The notes below the pieces were generated by a model that was not told where the DNA came from, did not search any database, and saw only the letters and a program-made list of their open reading frames with translations. Shown in pieces: positions 58,020 to 64,000 of a stretch of 64,000 nucleotides of DNA. A program made the position numbers and the translations under genes. Origin of the DNA: Eutreptiella sp. 'Long Island Sound 2002' (lineage: Eukaryota; Protista; Euglenida). Every line of letters begins with the position of its first letter. Position 1 is the first letter of the stretch. Where the stretch lies: NCBI GenBank assembly GCA_964036045.1, contig OZ038378.1, positions 182,218,001 to 182,282,000 of the forward strand, written 5' to 3'.

Positions 58020-59190
58020 CACATGATGATGAGGTATGCGAGATACGTCATGTGGTATGCAGGGTACATGATGAGGCATGCGAGCATTTTGCGTTTCCTG
58101 GTCATGTGCCTGGCATATTTTGTAATACGGTACCATGCACTTTGCACACCTGATTGTCTACCTCGCATATCACATCATGAACCTCAGATTGCTCATAATG
58201 CATCGTGCATGCACCATGAATCTCGGATGCCGCATCATGCACCCTGCATACCTTATCTTGTACCGAATCTTGCATAAATTATTACGCACTTCGCACGCCT
58301 CTATCATGCGCCTCGCATATCTCTCAGGGTCGGTAACATTTATCCCAACATGAAGCGTTGTCTCCTCATTTGTGTCCACTGAGTGTCCCGAAGGTAGGGG
58401 TATGTGGGGTATATTCGGAAAGCCCTTGAAAAGGGCTTTCTTTTCGGAGATGTATGGGTTAGGGGGGGCAAGCCAGACAGTGAGCTCATGGGGCAATGGA
58501 AGTGTTGCTACTCAGTTTTTGCCTCTTTCAATCAATTGCCTTAGTGGCATACATAACAGCAAGCTCGTAATACAGCGGCATTTGGGTCATGATGTGACCC
58601 ATCAAACTGAATATCTTCTCCACACGGCGTGCTACTACAGGGGATTTGCTTTTGTTTCCCAGCATTGAAAACAATCTGCGATGCTTCTTATGATTTCCTT
58701 GGTTCCGGCACAGCCTTCCACAGTCCAGAATCCTCAGACAGGGTAAACACGATGACAAAAAGACGCACTAGAAGCAGCACTAGAAACAAAATCGGCCGCT
58801 GCGTGTACTGCGGTGTACGGCTCCATAATACGGCATATACTACGGCATACTGCAGAAGACTGCAATCAGGGCAGCAAACAACGAACCACATCATATGCAT
58901 CGCATACCACATCATGCACCTCGCATACCACACCGTGTACCTCGCATACTACATGGTAAATCTCGCATATCACATCATATACCTCTCATAACACATAACA
59001 CATTGTGTACCTCACATACCAGATCATGTACACCGAATACAACATCACATATCTCACACATCACATCATGCACCTCGCATACCACATCATGTACGGCCTG
59101 GAGATGATATACATCACATGCCACACCATATACATCGCACATCACATCACATCCATCGCATGCAACATCATTCACATCGCATATCATGTT
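58020..59190. repeat. About 21-bp minisatellite (CCTCGCATACCACATCATGCA-like) in inverted blocks
   Basis: G-strand block about 58022-58085, C-strand blocks about 58160-58325 and 58890-59190. Confidence 0.85.
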
Positions 59191-60504
59191 CGCTGCCAAT
59201 TTCAGGATTGCATTGCATTTCCTACCACGCACCTTGGCTGCCATTCGAGTGCCACGCACCCTGCGTCCCGGGGAGCGTGAGGTGGCACGTGCCTCGAGAT
59301 GATCGGGACGTGCCTGGTCCCCGTAGCCGGAGGCACAGCGACTGCAATCGGGAACTTGGACGTTCGGCACGACGCTCTCACGAACCGGCGCAGACGTGAC
59401 AACGTGTGCAGTGCGTCGTATGAAAGGCCGGGACGCTGCTGAATATGGGCGCCTTTGCGGAACGACGTGCGTAAGCTCCCTGTGAATTGAGGGCCAGGGG
59501 CTGCCTGGGCACGCGGTTTAGAGCACGCGCAAAGAGACAACGCTGTGCTTGCGCAAGGGGGCGGGGGGGGGGGGGGGTGTATGTGAAGGCGGTTGAACGT
59601 CGCGGGATGCGACTGGTACTCTTTGCGGTGGTTGCAAGGCAAAAGTCTGATGGGTCCTCCTGCCGTGCAACCGACTGGCATGCATCGGATCAGCGTAGGG
59701 TGAAGGGTCTGATTAAGAGGGTGACACAACACCGCAGGGCTCATTGGTTTGGCATTGATATGCGTAAACCACGAATCTTGATGCGCCCTGAAATGCCCAC
59801 CGTCCGCTAGACAGCCTGGCTGACCTTGCGGGGCATCTTAGACCCCCCCGCATTAGAATTGGGGCTGGCGGCCACCGCAATCCCTGTCTGAGACCGACGG
59901 AGAGAGGTCTGGTAAACCTTCAGACAGGACCATGTCAATTCATGGTCCTGACCGGGGGCACTGGGGGCCCTGCTCAAAGCGGTTCGTGGAGGTATCTGCG
60001 CTCACCCACACGCAGTTCACACAACAGCTGCGCATGTCCTGTTGCGTGCCTCCGACACATGGGCAGTGGTGCACAGCCGGAGACATGATGCAAAAGGTCG
60101 GGGCCAAGCCACGAGGCCGCAGGACGGGATCTGCTTCGTAGGTCTTGAGGCTGGCGAGGCTTGCCAGAGGTCATCGCACCCACCACAGCTCTAAGGTCAT
60201 CCCGGAGGAGGCAGGGTTGCGTTAGACTGGAAGGTGGGTCCATGAGAGTGAAAGCTGCAGTTGGGTGCGCGGGGATGCACCGCTTGGCCGGATGCTCCAA
60301 TACAACCCCTCATCACCTTCTGTCCCTGGCCAGACTCCACGTGTCACATGTTGTCCTTTATCACAGGGCACTCATCAGTCACTGTTAGGGTGGCCGAGAC
60401 GGTGTGGGGTCTCTTATCGGTGTCCTCCCCACTGTCCTTGTCCGCTCTCTGGTGGCATTTCTTGATGAGTGGTCTTGGTCAGTGAGGATAGCCCCTTGGG
60501 CAAC

Positions 60505-60835
60505 CGGGCTTTCAAGTGAGGGGGGGGGGTCGATAGAGCCCCCTGGCTAGACCCCCCCCCCTCCCAAAAGGGGCTCAATTGACGGGACCCCCAAAATCCC
60601 AACGAGACTGACCCCCGGGCCCCGGAGGTGGCCCGCACCCAAAAATAGGCAAAAAAAAAAAAGAAAATGGGGTTTTTGGAATCAGCGCGTCGAGGGGGCT
60701 CAGAAAAGTCATCATTTGCGACGTATTTGGTGAAAAAAATTTGCCCATTTTTAATGCTACAAAAAAAGTGTTCATGATAACTGATTAATGGTGCCTGTCA
60801 ATTGAGCCCTTTTCCCACCCCCCCCCCCCCCGGCC
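60505..60835. mobile_element. Foldback MITE-like element
   Basis: Internal inverted pair aaggggctcaattgacggg (about 60568) / cctgtcaattgagcccttt (about 60795), G- and C-run ends; a fragment of the same family (tggctagacccc..cccaaaaggggctcaa) is at about 39766-39800. Confidence 0.65.
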
Positions 60836-61162
60836 CCACGATTTGGGGGGCTCCTGGGGTGCCTCTCACTCTATGCCAACAAAGCCATGCAAAGCAGACC
60901 CATGTACCGACCAACTCACCCACCCACATCTGAACAAGTGGAAAAGTGAAGTGGATTTAAGAAATCCAACACCTGAACAACGATTTCAGATACACAACTA
61001 TGTTTTGGCCTCTGACGTAGCCACGCATGAGCCGTTCCATCACTCGCTGACAGCAGGGCAGCAATCATTCCAAGCAATGCCCAAAGTGCTAAGTTCACTT
61101 GAATGCCTACAGACACATGCTAATGAGGATTCCCTCTCCTTCACGGTGCTCCTGGGACCCAC

Positions 61163-61550
61163 TCTTGTCAGCTCTCAGCTGATTGCCCCAGTCAGCCCAT
61201 GCCATGGCTCTGATGGCCGGTCGGCGGTTCCTTGGCTCTGTCTGTATCGAAACGGCGGTCAGGGGTTTGGTGGCGCCCCGTCCGACACCCGTCGGCAACG
61301 CACGCCCATGCCCGTCGTACCTGGTGCTCCCGGACACGTGGGTGAACAGGGCTGCGTCGTGCAGCTCTGCAACAGAAGGCACCAGCAGCAATGCGGCTCC
61401 GGCGAGGGCGCATGCCCAAAGCAGGGGCCGCATTGGGGACTTTCGGGGCCAGGACGTCGTAGTGCAGGATTCGGTAAGAACTTCGTAGGAGTGCTGGGTG
61501 CTCCACAGGTCTTGTGATATAGCCCCGGACATGGCGTCCGGGAGTGCCAT
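61163..61550 (-). CDS. First exon of a probable nucleus-encoded plastid (or secretory) protein with a euglenophyte-type bipartite leader; 3' boundary uncertain
   Basis: ctgtgtttAG|caATG. MALPDAMSGAISQDLWSTQHSYEVLTESCTTTSWPRKSPMRP-LLWACALAGAALLLVPSVA (hydrophobic) followed by an S/T/R/A/G-rich segment; candidate donor A|GTgggt at 61162. Confidence 0.55.
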
Positions 61551-64000
61551 TGCTAAACACAGCGGTCGATAGATTTATGAAGCCGTGCGTCGTGCGCCCA
61601 TGCACAACCCAAACCCCAACGAGCCCACATTTCCAGTTTCACGAAACGTTCACTGCGCATAGCGGTTCACTCATATCATCTTTTTGGCTGTCCCTTGTCT
61701 AGTACCCTTTGCCACCGTCAATCCTGTCAGCTGATGGGGCCATGGTGACCTCCGGTGCAAACCTTCAGGTGGTGCTGTGTGACCTGTCTTGTGCCACGGC
61801 GGACACTCGTGAAGCGTCGGCCTGCAGCTTGGGTCCTCATTGGTGTGGGTGGTCTCCATGTCAGAGGACAATTGGTGACCAGGGTTATGTTCTGCTAGGC
61901 AGTTGTTGAAGTGAGAATCAGAAGGGGTGTGGCTGTGCCCATCTCCCACGTCACTGCAAGGTGTCCGTGTGAGTGAGGCCCGCTACAGTGGCTGCCCGGA
62001 TGCCTACCAGCGTGGCAGTTCCAGCTGCATTTCCTGGTATCAGGTTTAGCCCATCCTCACTACGTGTGCTTTCCACTGCTGCAGAGTGTGGTGGCAGTTG
62101 TGGGACCCTCTCACAGTAAAACGTCTTGGTGCAATCCAGGCCATAAACCCTCATTCAGATACTTAATAAAACAAAAGTGTCAAACCCTCACAAATACACC
62201 TGCACTCCCTCTCTGCATTGCACACGCACCAACAACAACTACCCAGGGAAGACCATGCGAACAAAACCCGCGGATATACGGAAATAGGCAGCTGGCACCA
62301 TGCCCGCTTGGCCGATTTATGGGCCGTAGCACTGCACCACATACCCGCATGAAGCACAAATGGTCCCTTTCGCAGTGAGCACAGAAGCAGTCACATCTCT
62401 TTTACGCCCTCGACTCGAGCCTTGTTTGGACAAGGCGTTGTCTGCGCAAAGGGATGGGATGCGTCCCCTGACCGGTGCCACTCCCTGCACACTGCACACA
62501 CACCGCTCAGGGCACTGATCAGCAGTTCGTTGCAGACAGTGTCCATACATGGTCGGCACTTGGGAAGGGAAGGCTGGCTCTCTTTGAGGGGCAGTGGGGC
62601 CAAACGGGGCCGTGGTGAATAGTTGGGGTGAGGACCAGGACAACCTCCCGGAATTGAACCCGCGTTTGTACCCCTTTCAGACCTTCCGTGCTTCATTGCG
62701 TTGTGCCACGAAATGCCAGACCCTTTGAGCCATCAAGGGCCGTCTCGTCAAGCAGACACCTCCTGTCCTACATGTGAACGGGAGTGTTGAGGTTGTGCAC
62801 CACGACTACTACTGAAGAGGGAGGGTGCGGGTGCGTGCCGACCTTCCAAAAAAATGCAGAATGCGCTGACAAAGCGGTGAAAAATGCAAGGTTCTGATGG
62901 TAGACAACCAGCAATAGTGCTATATTTCTGCAACCAGGCACACGTCAAGGGTGATCCAACCTATCAAATCGAATCTCTGCCCAGGTCAGGCAAATACAGT
63001 GTCACCGGCCTGGAACAAATCATTGCATACCGAAACAACAGATTTCAGGTCCAGGTGCCGTAGGCTAGTCCTATGAGGGATTGCAGCCTCCTCTATTTCA
63101 GTTCATACACATGAAGTAATACAAATAATACATACGTAGCTTGTACATTTTGGGACTTTTGCATCATGTCTGGAGCCTTCTTGTATTTCTTAGAATCCAA
63201 ATGCCCTTGTACTTGTCGCTTGTATTGCAGCCTTGATCACAATTCATTCTCTTGGCGGCTGTTCATTTTTGTCATGAAGATTCTGCGGTTCTTAACTGAT
63301 AACTATTGAATCTACTCGTACTTGTGAATCTAGGCCAGTTTCGCAAACAAGGGCTACACACTAGCAGTGGCCTCGGACTGCTGAGAAGCAAATTCCTCTT
63401 GACCCTCAAAATAAGACATCAGGCCGAAAGGGGCCTGCCACAAAACATCAGACAAAATGTTTCAGCATGATTCCATTGTGGCTCATCATGGTCCATATGC
63501 ACTACATGTACATGTTGTGCATATGGATGCCATGCGCGTATCATGCATATGGACACTGCGCACGGTTCAGTATTGGCGCAAAGGTTGGTGTGCGTTCAGG
63601 TTACATGTCGGAACAACAACCTGTGCACAATGCCTTTCTTCCTCCTCCCCACGAAGACAGTGGTTCAGCATTTGACTGCTTACAATTCACGGCCTCAATT
63701 CCAGACAGCACCAGAAGCAGCCCCTCGGGTGTTGGGTCGGTGCAGATATCACTTCCTCACCCTTGAACCAGGAGTGCCAATATCACCTTCTCATCAGAGG
63801 TAGCGGATGCCATTGGGGTGTGCAGGGAAGTCAGTGTTTCGGGCGGGGGTAGTGTGAAAGGGCGATGGAACCCCCCAAAAGCGGAGCCGGGGCTCCGGGA
63901 ATAAGGGATTCAATCGACAGTCCGCCACTGTGCAGTCAGGCGTCGCTAATTCCATTACAGTTCCATTTGCAGCTGAAGAACTTTCCGGCGCCTCCAAATG

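Noticed and set aside
59880-60480. RDDLRAVVGAMTSGK resembles the LINE RT N-terminal EV..AI..M..GK motif
   Set aside because: The APGPDG and downstream RT motifs are absent; too weak to call.
62640-62740. A-box/B-box-like motifs (TGGCTCAAAGG .. GGTTCAATTCC) on the minus strand
   Set aside because: The spacing is too long and no cloverleaf stems pair; at most a decayed SINE head, not a tRNA.
63794-63997. Minus-strand ORF at the window edge (..TDFPAHPNGIRYL*) as a possible terminal exon
   Set aside because: No recognisable domain, and the upstream context is outside the window.

Overview
Repeat-rich, intron-containing eukaryotic DNA. A euglenophyte alga is my inference, from GT-AG introns, an AG placed 0-2 nt before start codons, and a euglenid-style plastid leader. 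Host genes that can be supported: (1) the last exon of a glutathionyl-hydroquinone reductase/omega-like GST (1106-1397, +); (2) the last four exons of a coiled-coil protein (19163-21311, +); (3) an eight-exon, 446-aa ICME/prenylcysteine-methylesterase-like alpha/beta hydrolase (50616 to 39263, -) with all splice phases consistent and the Ser-Asp-His triad intact; (4) the first exon of a probable plastid-targeted protein (from 61550, -). The rest is mobile-element debris. The two most unusual items are a 3.0-kb Mutator-like element (7866-10870; 9-bp direct flanks, imperfect terminal inverted repeats) carrying a decayed Ulp1/CE-clan protease, with a second diverged copy at 55781-56520 that shows a His-Glu-Cys triad, and a Penelope-like reverse transcriptase pseudogene (about 51316-52790, -) with an RFRDN catalytic motif and a possible N-terminal GIY-YIG remnant. 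Also present are at least six hAT-like MITEs in the hydrolase introns, a Tc1/mariner-like MITE, foldback elements, minisatellites and microsatellites. No rRNA, tRNA or CRISPR array was found. All family assignments come from motif recognition by eye; no database search was run.
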